In this document: positions 46,628 to 56,128 of the stretch, piece by piece
Layout: every line of letters starts with the position of its first letter
How positions within the stretch are numbered: the stretch's first letter is position 1
IMG/VR virus record: IMGVR_UViG_3300044701_003269
Span: 1 to 64,000 of that record
Source: a virus
Strand: one strand, 5' to 3'
DNA: 64,000 bases
The notes under the pieces: model-generated
What the model was told of the DNA's origin: nothing
The model's input: the letters and a program-made list of their open reading frames with translations, nothing else
Databases searched by the model: none
Position numbers and translations under genes: made by a program

Positions 46628-48010
46628 TTAGTAACCTATAGGATGACCATCTGCATAAAGATCATTGTATAGTGGATCAAGTTCGCCAAATCTTAATGTT
46701 AATTGATATGATGTCATTGTCTTTTCTTTATCATTAAATGTCATATAACTTCCATCTGGAGTATAGTCAATATCGCATCCAAGAAGAGCACAATCTTTTA
46801 TTCTATTTAATGACTTATGTTGTGAACTTGGACCTGAGCAGTATTTAATTGAAAAAACATAAGGTGCCTTTAAGAATACTCCAGATTCTGCTGTTCTTAC
46901 TGCCATCCCTGCTTTGAAAAAATAAATTATATCTTTTACAATTTTTGCTTCTCCTTCACTTCTTGGAGATAAACGAAATGTAAAATTAAAGGACCTTAAT
47001 GTTGGACCATTAAATAACAACTCTAGATTTGGATTTAGAATAGCTCCTGTTGCTCTAGAAAACAGTCCCTGGGCCCCAACTGCTTCTTGTGCAAGGTAAA
47101 GATTTATAGCTTGTTTATAATCTTCATAATTTCTTTTAAATTGATTGGCAGCAAGTTTAAATTGTTCTGTTATAGCCTGTGTCACTTGCCCTTCAGATTC
47201 TGCGATTGCTAAAGATGCTCTTCCTGCAAAAGCTGAAAGAGGGTCTAATGTAGAACCGCCCCAATCAACCCCATTACTGTCTGATATTGAAGGTTGTATT
47301 GGTAATACAACTCTTCCAAATTCATCAGAGAGTGCTTTAGTTCCAAAACTGAAATTTGTATCTTTTCTATTTGTTCCTGAAAAATCTCTTCCTGTTATTT
47401 CTTTTAGTCTGAATAGAATACTATCTTGCGTCTTCTCATCTAATTTTTCTGGATATCTTACATCAATTGCAGCGAGTCTACTTCTTACTGTTCCTTCAGA
47501 TTTTCCAGATTTAATTGTCCCACCAAGCTTTTCAATTGTTTCATTCTCAGTAGATAGTGGTACAGATGCCGGTTCTGAATCTGGACCAGTACCTGCTGCT
47601 GGTCCTGGTGTTCCCCCAGGAGTAGCAGTATTTGGGAATATTAATTGTCTTGCTTGTTGCTGCGGCACTCCTGCCTTTTCCACAATCTGTACAGCTTGAT
47701 TTTTTGTACTTGATTGGCCAACAACGCTTGAAAAATATAATCTTTCTTCTGGTGTGGCAAGGGAGTTTGGGTTAAATGATCCATCTTTTGCATATGTTCC
47801 TACTGTTACATCTACACTTTCTCCAGAAAGACCTACTGATGCAGCAGCATCTCCTTGCACTGTTGGCCTTTTTACTGTAATAGTTCCATCATCATCTATT
47901 AATGGATAATATTGTTTATTATTGAGTTTTGATTCAGTTTCTACTCCATTTAAAAGAAATTTTTCGGGAGGCCTAAATCTTTTATTTGTACTTCTAGAAC
48001 CAAATGACAT
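46628..48010 (-). CDS. gp48: Baseplate tail-tube cap
   Basis: NPNLELLFNGPTLRSFNFTF.LSPRS..EA, YTPDG, LTLRFGEL. Confidence 0.8.
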   Translation of the reverse strand: MSFGSRSTNKRFRPPEKFLLNGVETESKLNNKQYYPLIDDDGTITVKRPTVQGDAAASVGLSGESVDVTVGTYAKDGSFNPNSLATPEERLYFSSVVGQSSTKNQAVQIVEKAGVPQQQARQLIFPNTATPGGTPGPAAGTGPDSEPASVPLSTENETIEKLGGTIKSGKSEGTVRSRLAAIDVRYPEKLDEKTQDSILFRLKEITGRDFSGTNRKDTNFSFGTKALSDEFGRVVLPIQPSISDSNGVDWGGSTLDPLSAFAGRASLAIAESEGQVTQAITEQFKLAANQFKRNYEDYKQAINLYLAQEAVGAQGLFSRATGAILNPNLELLFNGPTLRSFNFTFRLSPRSEGEAKIVKDIIYFFKAGMAVRTAESGVFLKAPYVFSIKYCSGPSSQHKSLNRIKDCALLGCDIDYTPDGSYMTFNDKEKTMTSYQLTLRFGELDPLYNDLYADGHPIGY

Positions 48011-48089
48011 CAGATATCCCCCTCAAATGCAAGAGGACTATTCATCTCAATTTTTTGTAGAGTATGAGACATTTATACTGGTTTTTTAT

Positions 48090-48476
48090 TTATTTAGTCC
48101 TGAATTTTGCATATTGAAGTGAACGGAGATATTCAATCTCATTCGGTTTAATCTCTAATAATTTACTATTTACTTCAATCCAGGTATAATTTCTAGGTTC
48201 TCCCCAATGAAAATTAATTCCTTTAAATCCCCATCTTTCAATATCAGTCACTGCAACAAGAGGGAATTCATCATAAGTAACTCCCTTAGTCTTAGCTGAA
48301 TAGATGAATGTATAATACTTTCCCACATCAGGAATAAATTCACCTTCTCGAAAGACTTCCATTATTGTCAGCATTATATCATCTGGGTCAGTGTATCCAG
48401 TTGATATTAATTTTTCCCTGAGAGTATTAACTCTCCTTGATCCAGATTCAATATATTGTCCGAACCCTTCTGCCAT
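48090..48476 (-). CDS. gp2 (DNA end protector)-like protein
   Basis: GKYYTFIYSAKT...YDEFPLV...GFKGINFH. Confidence 0.55.
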   Translation of the reverse strand: MAEGFGQYIESGSRRVNTLREKLISTGYTDPDDIMLTIMEVFREGEFIPDVGKYYTFIYSAKTKGVTYDEFPLVAVTDIERWGFKGINFHWGEPRNYTWIEVNSKLLEIKPNEIEYLRSLQYAKFRTK

Positions 48477-48919
48477 TATTTTATACCTAGATTGTCTTCG
48501 GTGATGACTTTGAATTCGATTAATCTATCAGCACAAAACTCTTTTGCTGCTTTCCACTTTGCTTGATTGACTGCATAAGTTTTGCACTCATACAAGTAAG
48601 ATTTAGTCACTCTCGATTTTTTCTGTGGTGGAACAGTTTGTCTCTTTGGTTTCACTTCAATCACATATGTTTTAATTTCTCCAGTTTGTTCTCTTACCTT
48701 TATAATAAAGTCTGGAAAATACTTATGAACTCTATTATCAACTGGTGATATGTATGGGATATAAAATTCTTCAGAACCCCAAGAAATTATATTTTCACTT
48801 AAATCACACCAACGACAAAACTTCCGCTCCCAACTACTTCTGCATATAATATTGTTGGGATTTCCTTTGTATTTTTGTGGGTACTCTGGTTTGTACTTAC
48901 TTTTAATACTTTCTGCCAT
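48476..48919 (-). CDS. gp4: Head completion nuclease
   Basis: KYKGNP, RSSWE, WGSEE, YFPDF, IEVKP, NQAKW. Confidence 0.9.
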   Translation of the reverse strand: MAESIKSKYKPEYPQKYKGNPNNIICRSSWERKFCRWCDLSENIISWGSEEFYIPYISPVDNRVHKYFPDFIIKVREQTGEIKTYVIEVKPKRQTVPPQKKSRVTKSYLYECKTYAVNQAKWKAAKEFCADRLIEFKVITEDNLGIK

Positions 48920-48962
48920 TATCCCGACTACATAATATATCAATAGAAATATTTATAGATAG

Positions 48963-49832
48963 ATGGCATCTGTCAGTTCCTCAAATAAAACACCAAGTCG
49001 TAATCCAACGACGGAACTGAAATCAAAGTTATTAATGCGTCCAGCATTAACTTCTCATTATGCAGTTTACATAGATCCTACAGTAATTCAAAGTAAGACT
49101 AGTGGACCGAATGGAGGTACTAAGGCAGCATCATTTTTCACATCCCGTCAAGCAAATATTGATGGAGAAACTTTGACATTAGCTTGCTCTGAAGCATCTC
49201 TTCCAGGATCCTCTTTTGCAACTCATGAAGCTAATAATGACTTTACCGGTGTGACCGAAAGACATGTGTATAGAAGACAATATGATGATAGAATTGATTT
49301 TACTTTCTATGTCGATCACGATTTAACAATTATAAAATTCTTCGAAACTTGGATGTCTTGGATTGTTGGGGAAGATCAATTTCAAAACCAATCTAACCCT
49401 AATTTTTCTTATAGAGTTAAATTTCCTGACGAATATAGAACTGACGTTTACATTCAAAAATTTGAAAAAGATTTTACAAATGCTACTGAATATGCCTTTA
49501 TTGGTGCGTATCCAACGTCAATTACATCTATGCCAGTTTCATATGATTCTTCTCAACTTTTAAAATGTACTGTTTCTATGAGTTATATTAGATACTTTAT
49601 GAATAATTCTGTAGCTCTTTCTCAGTTTGGTGTTGATAATACTGGTCAATTTGGACAAACTGGATCGGATTTAAATAAAAATCCTTTTAATTCTCCAATT
49701 CCCGGATTTACTTTAGGTCAAGGAATTCTGGATGATATTTCATTTGAAAATGCATTTAGACAAACGCCAACACAACCAACACAAGGACCAATAAGAATAC
49801 CGGTTATTCCTCGTCCCGAACCTTTATTTTAA
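48963..49832 (+). CDS. Tail tube / tube-initiator-like protein (gp19/gp54 fold)
   Basis: CSEASLPG, FTFYVD, FFETW, AYPTSI, CTVSMSY. Confidence 0.7.
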   Translation: MASVSSSNKTPSRNPTTELKSKLLMRPALTSHYAVYIDPTVIQSKTSGPNGGTKAASFFTSRQANIDGETLTLACSEASLPGSSFATHEANNDFTGVTERHVYRRQYDDRIDFTFYVDHDLTIIKFFETWMSWIVGEDQFQNQSNPNFSYRVKFPDEYRTDVYIQKFEKDFTNATEYAFIGAYPTSITSMPVSYDSSQLLKCTVSMSYIRYFMNNSVALSQFGVDNTGQFGQTGSDLNKNPFNSPIPGFTLGQGILDDISFENAFRQTPTQPTQGPIRIPVIPRPEPLF

Positions 49833-49869
49833 TTGATAAATAATCACACTGAAACTTCTATAGGACATT

Positions 49870-50589
49870 ATGCCTTTACCAAAGATTTCTACACCAACAT
49901 ATGAGTTGGAATTGCCTTCTACCGGACAAAAAGTAACTTACAGACCATTTCTAGTAAGAGAAGAGAAACTATTAGTTCTTGCACTAGAATCAGAAGATAC
50001 AAAACAGATTACCTCAGCGATTAAGAGTGTAATTAAGAACTGTATTAATACAAAAGGTATCAAGGTCGAATCACTTCCGACATTTGATATCGAATATCTT
50101 TTCTTAAACATTCGCGGCAAGTCTGTTGGGGAAGAGATTGAAGTTAATGTCATCTGCCCTGATGATGAGGAAACTTATGTTCCAGTAACTCTCAATATTG
50201 ATGATATTAAAGTTCAAAAAGATGAGAACCACAGCAATAAAATTCAAGTAGATGATAGTATTGTGATGGAAATGAAGTATCCTTCACTTGAGGAGTTTAT
50301 TAGAAATAACTTTGACTTTAGTGAAGATACTACAATGGAGCAGTCTTTTGAATTGATTGCTTCTTGTGTTGATAAAATTTACACAGAAGAAGAAGTATGG
50401 TCTGCTTCTGATGTTACCAAAAAGGAACTAATGGAGTTCCTAGATCAAATGAACTCAATTCAATTTAAGCAGATTGAGAAGTTCTTTGAGACAATGCCTA
50501 AGCTTTCTCATACAGTTGAAGTTACAAATCCAAATACAAAAGTGAAGAGCGAAGTTGTTCTTGAGGGTCTTTCAAGTTTTTTCGCATAG
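49870..50589 (+). CDS. gp26: Baseplate hub assembly protein
   Basis: MPLPK...PSTG...YRPFLVREEK, FDIEYLFLNIRGKSVGE, GLSSFF. Confidence 0.88.
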   Translation: MPLPKISTPTYELELPSTGQKVTYRPFLVREEKLLVLALESEDTKQITSAIKSVIKNCINTKGIKVESLPTFDIEYLFLNIRGKSVGEEIEVNVICPDDEETYVPVTLNIDDIKVQKDENHSNKIQVDDSIVMEMKYPSLEEFIRNNFDFSEDTTMEQSFELIASCVDKIYTEEEVWSASDVTKKELMEFLDQMNSIQFKQIEKFFETMPKLSHTVEVTNPNTKVKSEVVLEGLSSFFA

Positions 50590-50591
50590 CA

Positions 50592-50768
50592 ATGGTCCAT
50601 ATGGACCTTGAAAATTATTATAAACTCAACTTTGCTTTGATGCAGTATCATAAATATTCATTATGGGAAATTGAAGGATTGATACCCTGGGAAAGGGATG
50701 TTTATGTTGCAATGTTAAAGAATTATTTGGAAGAAGAAAAAGCAAAGCAGCAGCAAAATGGGACCTGA
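50592..50768 (+). CDS. gp51: Short baseplate hub assembly chaperone, 58 aa; in -1 frame to gp26
   Basis: NYYKLNFALMQYHKYSL.EIE.LIPWERDVYV; missed by the ORF track. Confidence 0.8.
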   Translation: MVHMDLENYYKLNFALMQYHKYSLWEIEGLIPWERDVYVAMLKNYLEEEKAKQQQNGT

Positions 50769-52968
50769 CGAACTCGATGACCTACTAAACAATAACGGAG
50801 CGGAATCTGGAAAAGGATCCGCTCTTGCTTTGTATGAAGGAACGAGAGAGGAGGACCTGGTTGATGAAGAGATTGATGAAAGGGTATTAGGACTTTTAGG
50901 ATTAGAAGATGTTTTTGATATTGACTACGGCACATACATAACTCTTCTCAAAGAAAGACTTGCAGCTTCTAGGAATTTTGAAAAGAAATTATCCTCTGAA
51001 GAAGATGAACTTCTTGTATCAGAGTTTAGAAGAGTAAAAGGTAAGGTTGGTAGATTTAAGTTAAAAAAAAGAAAAGTAACATCAGAAGATATTGGCGTAA
51101 CTGGCCCAATCAAAGTATCATCTAGTAAGTTTTTGCTTGCTGGTAAAGCAGTAATACCAGAAAGAGAAGCAACAGAATCTTCTAGTGATATTGCAGATAT
51201 TCAAAAATCACTTGATGCTATCCTTAAAACTCTCACTCTGCAGAATAAGGATAAGAAGAAAGCAAGTGAAGATGAGAGAAAGAAAAGTGAAGATAGAAGA
51301 AGAAGAGCAAGAGAAGGTGATTTAGAAAAACCACTGTCCCAATTAAAATCACTCGCTCAGAAAATCATTGCTCCAGCACAAGGAATACTTGACCGTATCT
51401 TTAGGTTTATTAAATTTACATTACTTGGTTATGCATTTAATCAATTAGTAAAGTGGTTTAGTGACCCCAAGAATGCAGAAAAGGTAAAAGTTCTTGGTAG
51501 ATTTCTAAAGGACTGGTGGCCTGCACTACTCTCTGCCTATGTATTATTTGCAACTCCTTTTGGTAAGTTTATAAGAGTAACTCTTAAACTGTTGAGAGGA
51601 TTTATTCCTCGAATAGCTAGGTTTATTGCAGCAAATCCTAAGGTATTTGCCACAGTTGCTCTAGTTGGAGGATCTGTTGTAGCTGGAACTTATCTAGAAT
51701 CTAGGTCAAGAGGAGTTGATGAAAACTTATTGCAGAGAAGAATTCAAGAATCAAAAGATCAGGGCAAACCATTATCAAAGGAAGATATTGAAAAAACTAG
51801 ATTAGAAAATTTACAAAAAAGAGTTGAAGATATTAGAGGGACTAACATACCAGGATCTGCTCTTGCTGGTGGAGGAATTGTTCCTAGACTTAGAGCTTTT
51901 ACTGGTGGAGCTCAAGTTAAAAAAGAAGTAGATGTAAAAGATATTCAACCCCAAAGTAATCTAATAACTGAGGATACTGGATTAAAAGTTAAAGGTGCTG
52001 GTCCGGATACTCAACTGGTTGCGGCAATGCCTGGAGAGGTTCTGATATCAAAAGAAGCAGTTGATACTTATGGTGCAAAATTCTTCTTAGATTTGAATAA
52101 GAAGGGTGGAGGAACTAATATTCCTAGAATGGTGAATAATATTCAACTTGCTGCTGGTGGTGGATTAATTAAGAAACCAATTAAGGCATATCAAGGCGGA
52201 GGAATGATTGGTGGTGGGAATTTGTTAAAAGGAATATATCCTGGGTATTCGCGTAGTGTTGGAGGAACCATGGCTTCCTCTGGTGGAATGGGTGGAAGTT
52301 CTAACCCTGCATCAATGTCACCGATGAAGATAAGTTCTCTCGGGGGAATGAGTGGTTCTAGTGGTGGAATGATGCGTGGTAGTGGGGGAATGAGTGGTTC
52401 TATTGGTGGAATGATGCGTGGTTCCATTGGTGGAGCAATGAGTGGTGCCGGTGCTTCTAGTGGTGGCGGAATGTCTATCAACAATTATAGACAATCTCAA
52501 AACACTTCTAATAATTTCTTTATGGGTTCTAGTGGTGCAGGAAACTCTAGTAGTTTAACTAACATAATGAATACAATTAAGAACACAAGTAATTACAAGT
52601 TACCATCTATATCCAGTAACACACAAGAATTTGGCAGTGATAGAAATAAATTATACTCACCTCAGACTGTAGCAACACTTTCTTCAAAAAATGTTTTAAA
52701 TCAAAGTGTGATAGGAAGTAAGACCCTTCCTAACATTCAACCAATCAATATATCTCCACCCCCAACCCTCCCTGTTGCTCCTGGGCCACCAGTAATTTAT
52801 ACAAAGACAACTTATACCATTCTTCCTCCAATTAAAGCCCCAAGTAAAGCACCACCTTCTGTTCCTAGAGGTTCCAAATTACCAGAATTTTCTGCATCAA
52901 GTAGCGGTGATTCTAGATCTAAGATCGCAACAGCATTGGGTATTACCGACTTAGTGGGGGTAGTATAG
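50758..52968 (+). CDS. Tape-measure/hub-associated tail protein
   Basis: Charged helix, amphipathic and TM segments, GPDTQLVAAMPGEVL motif; follows gp26/gp51. Confidence 0.55.
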   Translation: MGPDELDDLLNNNGAESGKGSALALYEGTREEDLVDEEIDERVLGLLGLEDVFDIDYGTYITLLKERLAASRNFEKKLSSEEDELLVSEFRRVKGKVGRFKLKKRKVTSEDIGVTGPIKVSSSKFLLAGKAVIPEREATESSSDIADIQKSLDAILKTLTLQNKDKKKASEDERKKSEDRRRRAREGDLEKPLSQLKSLAQKIIAPAQGILDRIFRFIKFTLLGYAFNQLVKWFSDPKNAEKVKVLGRFLKDWWPALLSAYVLFATPFGKFIRVTLKLLRGFIPRIARFIAANPKVFATVALVGGSVVAGTYLESRSRGVDENLLQRRIQESKDQGKPLSKEDIEKTRLENLQKRVEDIRGTNIPGSALAGGGIVPRLRAFTGGAQVKKEVDVKDIQPQSNLITEDTGLKVKGAGPDTQLVAAMPGEVLISKEAVDTYGAKFFLDLNKKGGGTNIPRMVNNIQLAAGGGLIKKPIKAYQGGGMIGGGNLLKGIYPGYSRSVGGTMASSGGMGGSSNPASMSPMKISSLGGMSGSSGGMMRGSGGMSGSIGGMMRGSIGGAMSGAGASSGGGMSINNYRQSQNTSNNFFMGSSGAGNSSSLTNIMNTIKNTSNYKLPSISSNTQEFGSDRNKLYSPQTVATLSSKNVLNQSVIGSKTLPNIQPINISPPPTLPVAPGPPVIYTKTTYTILPPIKAPSKAPPSVPRGSKLPEFSASSSGDSRSKIATALGITDLVGVV
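52342..52422 (+). repeat. 42 bp-period tandem duplication encoding GGMSGS(S/I)GGMMRGS
   Basis: 39-mer at 52342 and 52384 with one mismatch. Confidence 0.8.
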
Positions 52969-52969
52969 A

Positions 52970-55900
52970 ATGGCAACTATAGACGCTAAAAAACTACTAC
53001 CACCAAGTAAGAAAACTGCAGCGATAGAGAAACAAAAGTTTCTTGTGCCTCTGCAAAATATTTCTGTAAATAAAAAACCTGCTGGTGATTTAAGACCAGT
53101 AGATAAAGAAACAAAATCATCTGAAGATCTTTCAATTGTAAAGAAAAAGATTAACCAGTTAAGTCTTTTACTTAATGAAAGTTATTTAATTGAAAAGAAA
53201 GATAGGGAAGCAAGAAGAAAGGCAGAAGAAAGAAGAAAGTTCGAACAAAGAGAAAAAAATATTGAGAAGAAGGTAAAGAAAAATCAAGTATCTTCTAATC
53301 TAATACCATCGATTCCGGGTCAAAGTATTTTTGACAAGATTAATCGTTTTATTGGATTTACTCTACTTGGATACTTGTTTAATAACTATGGAAAAATTCT
53401 TCCAAAACTTTTGGAATTTGGAAGTGTTTTGAAACCAGTTGGAGAATTTGTTGAAAGTTTTGCTAAAAATCTTCTTAAGGGTGCAATTGATTTTGTTGAG
53501 TTTGGTTATAAAGCATACGACCAGACAAGAGATTTTGTTAAACAAGTCGGTGGTGAAGGAGCACAGAAAACATTTGATGAGTTTTCTAAGAACTTAAATC
53601 TTTTATTGAATGGTGCTATAGCAGCTTCAATGTTGGTTGCAAGCACATCTCCCGGAAGACCTGGTAGACCTGGAAAACCTGGAAGAATGCCTGGTGGGAA
53701 ATCACCATCTTTACCAAGGAATGCAAAACTTTCTTCATATTTGGGAAGAGACGCTCAAACCAAATTAATCGAGAGAAGATATGGCAATGATGCAGCAAGA
53801 ATGTATGAGGCAAGAAAGTCTCAAGGTGCATCGGCAAGTCGTGCTCGTGCTGACGTTCTTAAAAGGTTTGATAAATTTGAAGGACCACAAAGAGGTCTCG
53901 CTGGGGGAACCGGAAAAGGTTCAATTCTATCTCGCGGATTTGGTAAGTCTGCAAATAGAGCTGCTCTTAAGGTTCTTGGTAAGACGGGAACAAGAATTGC
54001 AAAGGGTGTATTTGGTAGAGTTCCTATCATTGGTGGTTTGTTAGACTTTGCATTCTCTCTTGCTATGGGAGAGAACCCAGGAAGAGCAGCAGCAAAAGCA
54101 GTCGGTGCTACTGTTGGTTCTGCTTTAGGGACATTAATTCCTATTCCTGGAGTTGGAACTATTGCTGGTGGTATTCTTGGTGATATAGTTGGTGGAGCAA
54201 TGTATGATGCTTTAGTTGGAAGTAAGAAACCACAAGGTCGTGCAGAAGGTGGCCAAATATCTGGAGGAGGTCAAAAGTCAGTTGCTACTTCGAGAAGAAT
54301 AAAAACAACTACAAGAAAAGCACCTCCAAGAATTCAACCACAAAAGACCCAACCAGGAAAAGATGTTGGTGGAAAACTGAAGATTGAAGAACTCTATGGT
54401 AAGGATGAACCAGGACAAAGAAGTGCATTAAGAGCACTTCGTAAGAGTTCTGAGGATGCTAAAAAGATAAAATCTATTAATGGTCTTGTTGGTTCAATGT
54501 TTGGTGCTGGTATTGATCTGGCATTAGGACAAAGACCAGATAAAAATTTACCAAAAAATCTTGGAAACATTTTTGGTTCTGTAATTTCTTCTGCAATTGA
54601 TATGGAACTCAACAAATCTTTTGGTGATATTTCTAAGACTATTGCAATGGCAGGCGGTGGTGCTGTCCCTTCAAGAGAAATCGGAAGACAATTGAGTATT
54701 GGTGAAAGGATTGGTAGTTTTATTTCAAGAGCACTTGCGATTTCTATTGAGAGCTCTGCTACAAGAATACTTCAGAATTTACGTAATGAGATGAATATGG
54801 AAGGTGATGGAACTGGAGATGGTGATGGTGGTGGGGGTGGTGATGGAGGCGGTGGAGGCGAAATCCCAGGCGATGCTCCCCCAGAAGTTAAGGCAATGCT
54901 TGAAGCAATTTCTGCTGGGGAAGGAAGTTGGGATTCTGTAAATCCATCAACAACAGTACCTGGATTAAGCAATATGACAATTGCCGATGCTCGTAAAGCT
55001 GCAATAGCAAAGGGCATAAATCAACTTGGCGGATCTGGCGCTATGGGTAAGTGGCAGCAAATGCCAGATTTCATTCTCGGAAGAGCAAGAGATTCGGGGT
55101 TAGACCCAAATAAAGATAAATTTACTCCGGAAAATCAAACTAAAATTGCTAGAATGTTGATGGCCTCTGTTTATCCTGGAGGTGAGGCGCAACTAGTTAA
55201 AGACGCTCAGAAAGATCCAATGTCTGCCGCTGCAAAGTTAAGAGGGACTTGGCCTTCTTTGCCCGGAGGAAGGCAAGCAAATACTACAGAGAAGCAATTT
55301 AGAGAAAATTTTGCAAAAGCACTACAAACATATAAATCGCCAACTGCGAAACCAACAAAAGGAGCATGGGCAGCAGTTCTTCCAAGGGGTAATCCAGTTC
55401 TTAATGAGGGATTTGGTTATTCTGCCTGGAGGGGTAGAGTACATGAGGGTATTGATCTTGGCGTAGATGCTAACTCGCCAGTAACCGCATTGGCAGATGG
55501 AAAAGTTGTTGATATTTATAGAAATTTTGGCACGCATGGCGATGCAGTTTTAGTTCAGCAATCTGATGGAAATGTAATGGTATATGGTCATGTTAATGCT
55601 AAAGTTAGGATAGGAGATCCGATTAAAAAAGGACAAACTATTGCTACTGTGAAATACTGGTTACAAAGAGGTAGAGATAATACACATTTGCACTTGGAAA
55701 GACGTATTGGAAGTTCAACTGGAAGAGCTGTAGATCCAACTGGGTATTTGAATTCGCTAGTACCAAAACCAGCATCAGGTATCGCAGCAGCACCAGGAAC
55801 TAAAGTATCATTTAATGGAACTACCTTTTTTAAAGGAACTAATGGTAAGTATTATAAAATGGGACGTGGAAATGTTCCAGTTGAAGTTGATAAAGGAACT

Positions 55901-56104
55901 TATGATAGTGCAAAGTCTGGTGGAACATTGATTTCTTCTTTACAGCAAAGACCACCGGCATCACTAGCACCATCACCACCAGCAGTTGCATCATTGAATA
56001 GGTCTGGAGTTTTGGAAACAGACACAAGCAATATGATTGCAGTAGTAAAAGAAAACTATTATCTCCAGGAAATTATAACTCCAAGTCCAACACAAGTAGC
56101 GTAA
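52970..56104 (+). CDS. Large tail protein with lysozyme-like and M23 peptidase domains
   Basis: AMLEAISAGEG...GAMGKWQ...ENQ...WPSLPG; HEGIDL, YGH, HLHLE. Confidence 0.75.
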   Translation: MATIDAKKLLPPSKKTAAIEKQKFLVPLQNISVNKKPAGDLRPVDKETKSSEDLSIVKKKINQLSLLLNESYLIEKKDREARRKAEERRKFEQREKNIEKKVKKNQVSSNLIPSIPGQSIFDKINRFIGFTLLGYLFNNYGKILPKLLEFGSVLKPVGEFVESFAKNLLKGAIDFVEFGYKAYDQTRDFVKQVGGEGAQKTFDEFSKNLNLLLNGAIAASMLVASTSPGRPGRPGKPGRMPGGKSPSLPRNAKLSSYLGRDAQTKLIERRYGNDAARMYEARKSQGASASRARADVLKRFDKFEGPQRGLAGGTGKGSILSRGFGKSANRAALKVLGKTGTRIAKGVFGRVPIIGGLLDFAFSLAMGENPGRAAAKAVGATVGSALGTLIPIPGVGTIAGGILGDIVGGAMYDALVGSKKPQGRAEGGQISGGGQKSVATSRRIKTTTRKAPPRIQPQKTQPGKDVGGKLKIEELYGKDEPGQRSALRALRKSSEDAKKIKSINGLVGSMFGAGIDLALGQRPDKNLPKNLGNIFGSVISSAIDMELNKSFGDISKTIAMAGGGAVPSREIGRQLSIGERIGSFISRALAISIESSATRILQNLRNEMNMEGDGTGDGDGGGGGDGGGGGEIPGDAPPEVKAMLEAISAGEGSWDSVNPSTTVPGLSNMTIADARKAAIAKGINQLGGSGAMGKWQQMPDFILGRARDSGLDPNKDKFTPENQTKIARMLMASVYPGGEAQLVKDAQKDPMSAAAKLRGTWPSLPGGRQANTTEKQFRENFAKALQTYKSPTAKPTKGAWAAVLPRGNPVLNEGFGYSAWRGRVHEGIDLGVDANSPVTALADGKVVDIYRNFGTHGDAVLVQQSDGNVMVYGHVNAKVRIGDPIKKGQTIATVKYWLQRGRDNTHLHLERRIGSSTGRAVDPTGYLNSLVPKPASGIAAAPGTKVSFNGTTFFKGTNGKYYKMGRGNVPVEVDKGTYDSAKSGGTLISSLQQRPPASLAPSPPAVASLNRSGVLETDTSNMIAVVKENYYLQEIITPSPTQVA

Positions 56105-56128
56105 ATAGTAATACGGTAAGTAAAAATT

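Noticed and set aside
47145-47699. 184 aa plus-strand ORF and other long antisense ORFs within core genes
   Set aside because: Antisense shadows of conserved genes, with no RBS or recognisable motifs.
48476-48919. TnsA-like transposase
   Set aside because: It is the T4 gp4 head-completion nuclease (same fold) in normal synteny, with no transposon ends.
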